NCBI GenBank assembly: GCA_003284215.1
Contig: QBVW01000004.1
Coordinates: 43,722 to 107,721, forward strand
From: SAR86 cluster bacterium AG-313-D11
GTDB taxonomy: Bacteria; Pseudomonadota; Gammaproteobacteria; Magnimaribacterales; D2472
DNA length: 64,000 bases
Reading direction: 5' to 3'
Position 1 is the first letter of the stretch. Every line of letters begins with the position of its first letter. The translations under genes were made by a program, and so were the position numbers. A model generated the notes under the pieces. The model did not search any database, was not told where the DNA came from, and saw nothing but the letters and a program-made list of their open reading frames with translations. Positions 51,351 through 59,639 of this stretch are shown here, piece by piece.

Positions 51351-51902
51351 TTTTTCCAACCATTCCTTTGCTCTGATAACTATAGTTGGATCATCATCAA
51401 ACCTACCAATACCAGTATTACAACTCTCACATAAATATCCTCTCACTTCTCCTGATTGATGATCATGATCCAATACAATTTTACTTATTCCGGCAATTGA
51501 TGATTTATTACAAATTGGACATTCAAATAAGTCATAATTTTTAGGTTTTAAATTTTCCCACTTTTTTCTATCTTTTTGAGAAATTGGTTTTCCGTCTTTA
51601 ATTTTTCTGCAACTTTTACATGAAGGTCTTTTTGTAATAAACCCACCTTTTTTTATTCTGTTATTTGAAAAATCATTCGTTGAAAGTCTCTTAAAGCATC
51701 TGTCACAAACTTTATAATCAAAATTATCACCAACCTTTTCAATATCAAAAAAATCTATTTGACCCATTACCACATTAATAATTTGATTAGATCTCAAAAA
51801 TTTAACTTTGAATTTATTGCTTGCAAATTCATCCTCAATAATCCCAACGTCATTTTTTTCTATGGAATTTAAATTCGTTGTTGCATATATAAACTTTTTC
51901 AC
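51342..51902 (-). CDS. Hpy99I-like type II restriction endonuclease (beta-beta-alpha-Me, Zn-binding)
   Basis: CDRC...RPSCKSCRK, CPIC...DHDH...LCESCNTGIGRF; layout matches R.Hpy99I as I recall it; GTG start. Confidence 0.85.
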   Translation of the reverse strand: MKKFIYATTNLNSIEKNDVGIIEDEFASNKFKVKFLRSNQIINVVMGQIDFFDIEKVGDNFDYKVCDRCFKRLSTNDFSNNRIKKGGFITKRPSCKSCRKIKDGKPISQKDRKKWENLKPKNYDLFECPICNKSSIAGISKIVLDHDHQSGEVRGYLCESCNTGIGRFDDDPTIVIRAKEWLEKLK

Positions 51903-51941
51903 TTGAAAAAAATAGCATATTTAAAGCAACTATGTAGAAAA

Positions 51942-51977
51942 TATGAACACTAAATCTAGTGTTCATAAGTGTTCATA
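51942..51977. repeat. Right cluster of AGTGTTCAT motifs (putative recombinase arm sites)
   Basis: TATGAACACTA-AATC-TAGTGTTCATA perfect 11-bp inverted repeat, plus tandem AGTGTTCATA at 51968-51977. Confidence 0.75.
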
Positions 51978-52006
51978 AAAATGAAGTTTAAGAAATGCAT
52001 TAAGAA

Positions 52007-52082
52007 TGGTGCCCAGAGGTGGAATCGAACCACCGACACAAGGATTTTCAGTCCTTTGCTCTACCGACTGAGCTATCTGGGC
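52007..52082 (-). tRNA. tRNA-Phe (GAA)
   Basis: GCCCAGATAGCTCAGTCGGTAGAGCAAAGGACTGAAAATCCTTGTGTCGGTGGTTCGATTCCACCTCTGGGCACCA; 76 nt cloverleaf with encoded CCA. Confidence 0.98.
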
Positions 52083-52169
52083 AATAAGAGATCAAGAATT
52101 ATAACTGAACTGTGTCTAGTGGAGAATAGTTAGTTAGAATATAAATATGAATACAATCACACAATATTT

Positions 52170-52934
52170 ATGAAACCAGTTTGTTTAGTTTTAGGCGCCG
52201 GGGCCGGCATTGGCGGAACAGTTGCGACCAAGTTTGCTAAAGAGGGCTATCACTCATGTTTATGCAGAAGATCTAATCAGGAGGGGCTCGATCACCTGGT
52301 AAAAAATATTGAGGAGCAGGGAGGATCAGCAAGTGGCCATTTGATTAATGCAATTGAAGAAAATGTTCTTGAGGAACTCATAGCAAGCGTAGAAAAAGAT
52401 ATTGGCTCAATAGAAGTTCTTGTTTACAACCTTGGAGCTCAAACTGGAATGAAATTACTCAATGAGACGACTTTAAAAGAGTTTGAGTGGGGCTGGAGAA
52501 TGGCAGATTTGGGATTATTTAGAGTAGCAAAAGTATTGATGCCAATCATGGAAGAAAGAGGCTCAGGGACATTCCTTGTTACTTCAGCTACAGCTGCCAT
52601 GCGTGGAAATAAGAATCAGCACTCTCATGCTGCTGCAATGGGTGGCAGAAGAATGTTATGCCAAACTTTAAATGCTGAATTTTCTCCAAAGGGAATTCAT
52701 GTGGCGCACATTGTAGTGGATGGAATGGTTGATGCTCCAGATACATTAGGGAAAATGCTCGGAGATGAATTATTTCAACAACTCAGAGAGACAAAGGGCA
52801 TGGAGCATGACGGCCTTGTTTTGCCTGAAAGTGTTGCTGAAACTTACTATTATTTATCCCAACAACATCGATCGGCATGGAGTCACGAAGTCGATATTAG
52901 AGCTTTCTCAGATACAGCTTGGTGGAATAGTTAG
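52170..52934 (+). CDS. Short-chain dehydrogenase/reductase (atypical)
   Basis: GAGAGIG, YNLGA, TSATA, HVAHIVVDG. Confidence 0.85.
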   Translation: MKPVCLVLGAGAGIGGTVATKFAKEGYHSCLCRRSNQEGLDHLVKNIEEQGGSASGHLINAIEENVLEELIASVEKDIGSIEVLVYNLGAQTGMKLLNETTLKEFEWGWRMADLGLFRVAKVLMPIMEERGSGTFLVTSATAAMRGNKNQHSHAAAMGGRRMLCQTLNAEFSPKGIHVAHIVVDGMVDAPDTLGKMLGDELFQQLRETKGMEHDGLVLPESVAETYYYLSQQHRSAWSHEVDIRAFSDTAWWNS

Positions 52935-53200
52935 TCTATTGCTTTAAAACCGGAAGCTTGCTCGACTTCTTCATTGTTAAAAAATTTTTCCATCTGCTCT
53001 AGCAACCAGGAGCGGGTATCTGCTTGAGATAAGTCTAGGTGTTTTTCATTGATAAGAGTTGTTTGATGTGATTTCCAAGACTCCCATGCCTCCTGAGAGA
53101 CGGTCTCCATTAACTCTTTACCTTTAGGCCCTGGCATTGGCGGCACTGTCATGGCAGGTAAATCTTTTTGAAATTTTTTACAGAAAACTGTTGTGCTCAT
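52931..53200 (-). CDS. yggX: Fe(II)-trafficking / oxidative-damage protection protein YggX
   Basis: VFCKK, PGPKG, W..HQTTLINE; follows mutY. Confidence 0.93.
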   Translation of the reverse strand: MSTTVFCKKFQKDLPAMTVPPMPGPKGKELMETVSQEAWESWKSHQTTLINEKHLDLSQADTRSWLLEQMEKFFNNEEVEQASGFKAID

Positions 53201-54198
53201 AATTCTTTAATAACTTTGCTAATGGGTTTTGGTAGACCATATTCTTCTATTCTATCCTTTTTTATCCACTTATATGTTTGATTGGTTTCTATTTCTAGCT
53301 CTTTTAATGATGAATAGGTTTTCAAATTTATTTCTAGTGTTCTATGTGTAAGCTCATGTTTAATTTTTTGAGTAGTTGCTAGTTTAAAATTTTTGATGTG
53401 ATTTTTTATAGATCCTGAATCAAAAGGCAGCCAAAGATTCTTCCATATTGAATCATTTTCATTTTTTACGAGCAATAAAGATTTTTTAGTCAGTATTAAT
53501 GATAAATTCATCTCAATTACTTTTTTTACTGACGCTGTTTTATTTTTTTTAGCTGAACTTACATTGAATGCAGACAAGCATTGAGAATTGACCGGACATT
53601 CTAAGCAAGATGGGTTTGACGGCTTACAAATCGTTGCTCCCAAATCCATAATTCCTTGTGTATAAGAAAAGCAATCATCTCTATTCACCATTTCCTTAGA
53701 TAGTTTCCAAAGCTCAGCCTCTTTGAGTAAATCTAATTCTTTTTTTAAGAATCTTGATATAACTCTTTTAACATTTCCATCAAGTATTGGGTGAGGATCA
53801 AGATAGGCTAATGACATTATTGCTCCTGCAGTGGATTTACCAATTCCAGGTAACTCTATGATGTGTTCAAATTCATTGGGAAATCTATTCCTATAATTAT
53901 TTTTTATAATTTCTTTGGTAGCAAATATATTTCTAGCCCTTCGATAGAACCCTAGTCCTGACCACGCAGCTAACACTTGGTCTTCACTTGCTTCAGACAA
54001 GCTCTTTTGAGACGGGAATTTTTTAATGAAATTTTTAAAATAAGGTATGACCGTTTTTACTTGAGTTTGTTGCAGCATGATTTCTGAGATCCAGATTCTG
54101 TAGGGCGTGACTTTTTTTCGCCATGGCAAATCATGCCTGCCATGCTCTAAATACCATTGAACAATTTGCTGAGAGAAAAGTTGATTTCGCTTATTCAA
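53197..54198 (-). CDS. mutY: A/G-specific adenine glycosylase
   Basis: [26 protein letters not shown], 4Fe-4S Cys motif; probable TTG start overlapping the gpmA stop. Confidence 0.93.
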   Translation of the reverse strand: MNKRNQLFSQQIVQWYLEHGRHDLPWRKKVTPYRIWISEIMLQQTQVKTVIPYFKNFIKKFPSQKSLSEASEDQVLAAWSGLGFYRRARNIFATKEIIKNNYRNRFPNEFEHIIELPGIGKSTAGAIMSLAYLDPHPILDGNVKRVISRFLKKELDLLKEAELWKLSKEMVNRDDCFSYTQGIMDLGATICKPSNPSCLECPVNSQCLSAFNVSSAKKNKTASVKKVIEMNLSLILTKKSLLLVKNENDSIWKNLWLPFDSGSIKNHIKNFKLATTQKIKHELTHRTLEINLKTYSSLKELEIETNQTYKWIKKDRIEEYGLPKPISKVIKEL

Positions 54199-54817
54199 AG
54201 AGGTTTTCTTTTGCAATTGGTTCTTTCCCGCCATCAAAAGAGTAAATAATTGGAGCACCGGTTGGAATCTCTAGCGCTATTACCTCTTCCTTTGATAAAT
54301 GATCTAGCTGCATTACCAAAGATCTAAGTGAATTCCCGTGTGCAGCAACTAAAATATTTTCTCCGTCTGAGAGTTTTGGCAAGATTGAGGAATTAAAGTA
54401 AGGGAGGACTCTCTCTGCAGTATTCTTTAAGCTCTCGCCACCTGGAGGAGGTATGTCATAAGATCTTCTCCAAATATGAACCTGCTCTTCTCCCCATTCT
54501 TTTCTGGCATCATCTTTATTTAAGCCTGCTAGATCTCCATAATCTCTTTCATTTAAAGCTTGATTTTTTATAACCTCAATATCTTCTTGATCTATGCCCT
54601 TTAAAATCATTTGACCTGTGATTTGCGCTCGCTGCAAAGCAGAGGTATACATCTTAGAAAATTTAATGTTTCTCTCTTTGATTAAAATGCCAGCATTGGA
54701 TGCTTCTTTTTCGCCAATTAGAGTCAGTCCTGGATCTTTCCACCCAGTGAATAAATTTTTGGCATTCCATTCACTTTGCCCATGTCTTACAAGCACTAAA
54801 AAATTTTGATCTTTCAT
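54191..54817 (-). CDS. gpmA: 2,3-BPG-dependent phosphoglycerate mutase (short form)
   Basis: [30 protein letters not shown]. Confidence 0.93.
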   Translation of the reverse strand: MKDQNFLVLVRHGQSEWNAKNLFTGWKDPGLTLIGEKEASNAGILIKERNIKFSKMYTSALQRAQITGQMILKGIDQEDIEVIKNQALNERDYGDLAGLNKDDARKEWGEEQVHIWRRSYDIPPPGGESLKNTAERVLPYFNSSILPKLSDGENILVAAHGNSLRSLVMQLDHLSKEEVIALEIPTGAPIIYSFDGGKEPIAKENLFE

Positions 54818-54856
54818 AATATAAACCTCACCAATAAATATATTTTAAGCGATAAT

Positions 54857-55282
54857 ATGCAAATGCTTGAATTCAATTTATTTTTAATCGACTATTGGTA
54901 CTTTTCTGTTCCTTTATTTCTCTCAATTATTCTATGGTTTCGTTCAGAAACAAGACGGGGTGGCGATCGAGTTGATTGCAATCAGCTAACTAATTTAGTC
55001 AATAAAAAGTCTGCCTGCTTGGTTGATGTAAGGCCCAAGAGTGAGTTTGACCTTGGAGCTATAGCTGGATCTGTAAATATTCCATTCGAAGAGCTAGATA
55101 ATAGAAATGATGAATTATTAAAACAACAAGAGAGCCCCTTGGTGTTAATTTGTAAAATGGGAAGGAACGCGGCTCTGGCTGGCGAAAAGTTACAAAAGCA
55201 TGGTTACAAAAACACTCATGTGCTGCAAGGAGGAATTTCAACTTGGCAGCAAGAAGGGCTTCCGCTAGTTAAGGTAAAATAA
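54857..55282 (+). CDS. Rhodanese-domain membrane protein (YibN-like)
   Basis: N-terminal TM, VDVR, LICKMG, LQGG..W. Confidence 0.82.
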   Translation: MQMLEFNLFLIDYWYFSVPLFLSIILWFRSETRRGGDRVDCNQLTNLVNKKSACLVDVRPKSEFDLGAIAGSVNIPFEELDNRNDELLKQQESPLVLICKMGRNAALAGEKLQKHGYKNTHVLQGGISTWQQEGLPLVKVK

Positions 55283-55285
55283 TTC

Positions 55286-55723
55286 ATGAGCTATTGCACT
55301 AAATTTTTTGCACTTTTTTTAATTTTTTCCTTCAATATTTCTGCAGATGAATTAACTGTCAATTTATCAGGACAAACCAAAGAAGGGGTTTTATCTTTGG
55401 CTATTTATGATAATGCTGAGGCATACAATAATTCTGTTAAAGGAGAAAAGCGATCAGAAGAAGGCGTATTTTCTGGGATAGAGACTTTTATTGAGCTTAA
55501 AGAAAGCCATAAGTTTGTTATTAATTTACCAGAGGGAATTTATGCAATTGCACTTTTTGTTGATGCTAATAAGAATTTAAAAATTGATAAAAATTTTCTT
55601 GGCATCCCAAAGGAGCAGTTTGGTTTTTCTAATAATGCCATGGGAAAATTATCAGCACCTTCTTTTGAGCAAGCAAGATTTAAGGTTGAAGGAAATACTT
55701 TACAAAATATAAAATTAAAATAA
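55286..55723 (+). CDS. DUF2141 secreted protein
   Basis: YAIALFVDAN, GIPKEQFGFSNN, PSFEQA. Confidence 0.85.
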   Translation: MSYCTKFFALFLIFSFNISADELTVNLSGQTKEGVLSLAIYDNAEAYNNSVKGEKRSEEGVFSGIETFIELKESHKFVINLPEGIYAIALFVDANKNLKIDKNFLGIPKEQFGFSNNAMGKLSAPSFEQARFKVEGNTLQNIKLK

Positions 55724-55737
55724 TTTAAAATCTAATC

Positions 55738-55989
55738 ATGAAAGACGTAATCATATACACAACAAAAACCTGCCCATTCTGTTATAAAGCAAAAAGATTA
55801 TTAAAAGGCTTGGATATAACCTATCAAGAAATTTCTGTTGATTTTAATTCTAAGCTTAGGGCTGAGATGGCATCAATGGCTGGAAAAACTTCTGTTCCAC
55901 AGATATGGTTTGGTGAAGATCATGTTGGGGGATGTGACGATTTGCATGAGTTGCATGCAGCTGGTAATTTGTTGGAGGCTTTAAATTAA
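55738..55989 (+). CDS. grxC: Glutaredoxin 3
   Basis: CPFC, SVPQI, GGCDDL. Confidence 0.92.
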   Translation: MKDVIIYTTKTCPFCYKAKRLLKGLDITYQEISVDFNSKLRAEMASMAGKTSVPQIWFGEDHVGGCDDLHELHAAGNLLEALN

Positions 55990-57362
55990 GTTTGTTGAGC
56001 CTTTATTTTCTTTGTAAGGGTATTTCTTCCAAGTCCTAAGACTTTAGCAGCTTCTTGTTTCTTACCTCCGGTTTTTTTTAAGGCAAAATCAATCATAACT
56101 TTGTCTAATGTTGGCTCAATAATCTCAAGCATATTTTCAGAGTTGCTCTGATAAATTTCACCCAGCCATTGAGAAAATCCTGATTGCCAATCGTCACTTT
56201 GTATTTGAGGCGATTGATCATTATCAATAATTTCAACAGGGAGGTCTTCTAATTCAACATTTTGCGTAGGCGCCATTAGAGCAATCCAATAACATGTATT
56301 TTCTAATTGTCTTACATTTCCAGGCCAATCATATTGAGTTAGAGCCAAGAGCGCCTCTGGAGAAAGAACTTTTGGTTCATCCAGCAATGAATCTGCATGC
56401 CTTTTCAAAAAAGCAGTGGATAAGTCACCGATATCCTCTTTTCTTAGTCTAAGAGGGGGCACATCAACTCTGATTACATTTAGTCTATAGTAAAGATCCT
56501 CTCTAAAAGAACCAGAAGCCACCAGTGATTCTAGGCTTTGATGAGTTGCAGCTAAAATTCGAACATCCACCTTGATTGGTTTATCACCCCCAACTCGAAA
56601 AAATTCTTTATTTGATAACACTCGCAATAAACGTGTCTGTGTCTCAAGAGGCATATCTCCAATCTCATCAAGAAATAAAGTGCCACCATTTGCTTGTTCA
56701 AACCTACCAATTCTTTGCTCAACAGCTCCGGTGAAAGCTCCTTTTTCATGTCCAAACAATTCTGATTCAATAAGTTCTTTTGGAATATCAGCCATGTTTA
56801 AGGCTATAAATGGCATATCATGCCTTGGACTATTTTTATGCAATGACTTAGAAACAAGCTCCTTGCCAGTTCCAGATTCTCCTTGAATTAGAACAGTAGC
56901 ATTTGTATTAGCTAGTTTCCCAATTGATCTAAAGACGATCTGCATTGAAGGTGCCGAACCAATGATTTCTGATTTAGGAACTTTTTTTGGTTTGGTTTCT
57001 TTATGTTCCTCTAGGGCTTTTTTCACTGTGATAATGGCTTCTTCTAAATCAAAAGGTTTTGGAATATATTCAAAAGCTCCACCCCCGTATGAATCAATGG
57101 CAGCCTGCATGTCTGTAAAAGCAGTCATAATGATGACTGGTAATTTGTCATAATTATTTTTGATATGTTTTAAAAGATCATAGCCATGCATGCCTGGCAT
57201 TTTTATATCCGAAATTATTAGGTCTGGTTTGTCAGTATTTAATGCATCAATTAATGACTCTCCATCAGCAAAGGTAACAATTTCTAGACCGGCACTCTTA
57301 AGTCCTTCTTCGAGCACCATTCGAATTGCTTCATCATCATCAGCGATCCATATTTTAGGCAC
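55986..57362 (-). CDS. ntrC: Nitrogen regulator NtrC (GlnG)
   Basis: Receiver domain, GESGTGKE, intact GAFTGA, Fis-type HTH LGLGRNTLT. Confidence 0.95.
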   Translation of the reverse strand: MPKIWIADDDEAIRMVLEEGLKSAGLEIVTFADGESLIDALNTDKPDLIISDIKMPGMHGYDLLKHIKNNYDKLPVIIMTAFTDMQAAIDSYGGGAFEYIPKPFDLEEAIITVKKALEEHKETKPKKVPKSEIIGSAPSMQIVFRSIGKLANTNATVLIQGESGTGKELVSKSLHKNSPRHDMPFIALNMADIPKELIESELFGHEKGAFTGAVEQRIGRFEQANGGTLFLDEIGDMPLETQTRLLRVLSNKEFFRVGGDKPIKVDVRILAATHQSLESLVASGSFREDLYYRLNVIRVDVPPLRLRKEDIGDLSTAFLKRHADSLLDEPKVLSPEALLALTQYDWPGNVRQLENTCYWIALMAPTQNVELEDLPVEIIDNDQSPQIQSDDWQSGFSQWLGEIYQSNSENMLEIIEPTLDKVMIDFALKKTGGKKQEAAKVLGLGRNTLTKKIKAQQT

Positions 57363-58443
57363 TTTTTACTCCATTAACATTATTACTAGAGATAGGTATT
57401 AAAATAGAAAACATTGTTTGATCATCTTTTCGATCAAATGATATTGCTCCTCCATGAATTCTTACAATATCTTGTGAAATTGATAGGCCGATGCCGGAGC
57501 CATTTTCTTTGCCTGATATCATTGGAAAGAAAATTTGGTCTTTAATTTCTGCGCTTATTCCAGGCCCATTATCTTTAACAATGATTTCAGCCAGGGTATT
57601 GTGGACTGTTCCATTAATGGGTTGTCTATAAGAGATTTTGGTTTGAATGCCTAAACAGGGCTCTTCTGAAAAATTTGTGCATGCATGAACAGCATTCTGA
57701 GTAATATTAAGCATAGCTTGAATAAATAAATTTTTATCTCCGTAGATTTCAGGGATGCTTGGATCATAATCTCTATCTATAATTAAGTTTTCTTGTGATT
57801 CTGCATTGCTTAAAGCCAATACTCTTTGTAAAGATTCATGAAGATTAAAATATTCAAAAGTTGGTTTTTTTGCTGGAGTTAGTATTCTGGTAACAATCTC
57901 GTTTAATCTGTCTGTTTCTTCTTCGATTATTTTCAAGAATTTTTTTGAAAAATCATCGACATATTTTGACTTCAAGATTTGCGCACTCCCTTTAATTCCT
58001 GATAAAGGGTTTTTAACTTCGTGAGCTAAAGTTCTAGCTAAGCCAGCTGCAATTTTTTGTGTTGAAAAACTTCTTGTTGAATCAATAATTTTATTAAGAT
58101 TATCAATGCTTACCGCTTCTATAAAAATCATATTCTTTTTTTCTGCAAAAGTAATGGTTAGGTCAACTGTTCTCACAGTACCGACTTGATGAACAATCTC
58201 AAAATCTCTTCTAGTAACAGACCCAGAATTTTCTTTAGTTTTCTTGAGAATCTCATTTATCTGAAACCCCGTCTCTTCATTTAATAATGATGAGATGGTT
58301 TTGCCTTCAAACTTTGAAGAATCACCAATCCAATTAGCAGCTTTTGCCGCATCATTAATCCAAAGCAGTTTGAAATCCTTTCCATCTAGAATAATGATTT
58401 CAGTATTCAGGTTATCAAATGCTTTAAATTCTATGTAATCCAT
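57355..58443 (-). CDS. ntrB: Nitrogen sensor kinase NtrB (GlnL)
   Basis: LAHEVKNPL, DYDPSIP, DNGPGI, GIGLSI. Confidence 0.92.
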   Translation of the reverse strand: MDYIEFKAFDNLNTEIIILDGKDFKLLWINDAAKAANWIGDSSKFEGKTISSLLNEETGFQINEILKKTKENSGSVTRRDFEIVHQVGTVRTVDLTITFAEKKNMIFIEAVSIDNLNKIIDSTRSFSTQKIAAGLARTLAHEVKNPLSGIKGSAQILKSKYVDDFSKKFLKIIEEETDRLNEIVTRILTPAKKPTFEYFNLHESLQRVLALSNAESQENLIIDRDYDPSIPEIYGDKNLFIQAMLNITQNAVHACTNFSEEPCLGIQTKISYRQPINGTVHNTLAEIIVKDNGPGISAEIKDQIFFPMISGKENGSGIGLSISQDIVRIHGGAISFDRKDDQTMFSILIPISSNNVNGVKSA

Positions 58444-58455
58444 AAAACAGACTTT

Positions 58456-58490
58456 AAAAAATAAAGCCCTCTTTTAAAGAGGGCTTTTTA
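58456..58490 (-). terminator. Intrinsic terminator between the GS gene and ntrB
   Basis: Inverted repeat AAAGCCCTCTTT/AAAGAGGGCTTT followed by a U-rich tract on the minus strand. Confidence 0.85.
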
Positions 58491-58524
58491 TCATTCTCTG
58501 TATAAGAGTTATTCAATCTTTAAT

Positions 58525-59505
58525 TTATTTAGTAAGAGTTCCAACAATGTGAGCTAAGATCTTATATGGATCTGCATTTGAGGCTGGTCTTCTATCTTCC
58601 AAATAACCATTCCAATTATGCTCGACTGTATACACAGGTATTCTTATGCTTGCTCCTCTATCACTTACTCCATAAGAAAACTGATCAATGTTTTGTGTTT
58701 CATGAAGACCGGTTAATCTCATATCATTATCTGAGCCGTAGGCTGCAATTCCTTCTTGATGAACTTCACCAAGTTTGTCGCACATAGATGAAAATAATTC
58801 TTCTGAACCTTTAGATCTCATTTCCTCATTTGAGAAGTTAGTGTGCATTCCTGAGCCGTTCCAGTCTCCAGTTTTGGGTTTCGGGTGAATATTTACTCCG
58901 ACACCATACTCTTCAGCAATCTTATAAAGCATATATCTACTAACCCATAGATCATCTGCTGCTTTAATACCCTTGCCAAGACATTGATACTCCCACTGTC
59001 CTAGTGCAACTTCAGCATTAGTTCCTGTTAATGTTATTCCAAGATCTAAACATGCTTGAAGATGATGATCTGATATTTCTCTTCCAACTACATTTCCTGC
59101 ACCTACGCCACAATAAAAATCACCCTGTGCTCTTGGCTCACCATTTTCCCATCCCAGAGGTTCACCGGTTTCAGGATCTGTAAAGAAAAACTCTTGCTCA
59201 AACCCAAACCACCAGTCATCTGTTACTACAGCTTCAGCTGCAGCGCGAAAGTTAGTTGGATGAGTAGTATGATCAGCTGATTGAACTTGTGTCATCACTA
59301 GATCATGACCATGAGGGTTTTCGTATGTCTGAACGGGAAGAAGCAAACAATCTGAACTCCCACCTTCAGCTTGTTGTGTTGATGACCCATCAAAAGACCA
59401 ATCTGGGGGTGTGTCTGCATCAGTAGCCTTAACTTTGCTCCTCATCGAAGGTTCTGGCTGATATCCATCAAGCCATATGTATTCATAAGTTTTATATTTC
59501 GACAT
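58525..59505 (-). CDS. glnII: Glutamine synthetase type II (326 aa)
   Basis: EYIWLDG, FDGSST, QGDFYCGVG, GDWNGSGMH, RLTGLHET, GYLEDRRPASNADPY; ATG 59505 preceded by AGGAG. Confidence 0.9.
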   Translation of the reverse strand: MSKYKTYEYIWLDGYQPEPSMRSKVKATDADTPPDWSFDGSSTQQAEGGSSDCLLLPVQTYENPHGHDLVMTQVQSADHTTHPTNFRAAAEAVVTDDWWFGFEQEFFFTDPETGEPLGWENGEPRAQGDFYCGVGAGNVVGREISDHHLQACLDLGITLTGTNAEVALGQWEYQCLGKGIKAADDLWVSRYMLYKIAEEYGVGVNIHPKPKTGDWNGSGMHTNFSNEEMRSKGSEELFSSMCDKLGEVHQEGIAAYGSDNDMRLTGLHETQNIDQFSYGVSDRGASIRIPVYTVEHNWNGYLEDRRPASNADPYKILAHIVGTLTK

Positions 59506-59547
59506 TCTATTTCTCCTAAAAATTTTTAAGTACTTATATCTTATGCA

Positions 59548-59563
59548 TGCAACATCTATGCCA
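59548..59563 (-). promoter_or_regulatory. Sigma54 -24/-12 promoter of the GS gene
   Basis: Minus strand TGGCATAGATGTTGCA fits TGGCA-N6-TTGCW with exact GG-N10-GC spacing. Confidence 0.85.
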
Positions 59564-59570
59564 ATATATT

Positions 59571-59587
59571 TGCACAAAAAATGTGCA
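59571..59587. promoter_or_regulatory. NtrC binding site (proximal)
   Basis: TGCAC-AAAAAAT-GTGCA matches TGCAC-N7-GTGCA. Confidence 0.8.
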
Positions 59588-59622
59588 AATAATGATTTAT
59601 TATAGGGCAAACAGTAATAATA

Positions 59623-59639
59623 TGCACTTTATCAGTGCA
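59623..59639. promoter_or_regulatory. NtrC binding site (distal, overlaps the yqiA stop)
   Basis: TGCAC-TTTATCA-GTGCA matches TGCAC-N7-GTGCA. Confidence 0.78.

Larger units (their letters stand above)
49684..52056. mobile_element. tRNA-Phe-integrated mini genomic island (~2.3 kb) with no integrase, carrying an R-M system
   Basis: Flanking tRNA 3' direct repeats 2323 bp apart, visibly more AT-rich interior, defence cargo, shared terminal motifs. Confidence 0.85.

Noticed and set aside
49778-51977. AGTGTTCAT repeats as a CRISPR array
   Set aside because: Units are about 10 bp, in mixed orientation, with no regular spacers and no cas genes.
59506-59610. 35-aa N-terminal extension of glutamine synthetase in the ORF track
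   Set aside because: This stretch holds the RBS, the sigma54 promoter and an NtrC box; the real start is ATG 59505.
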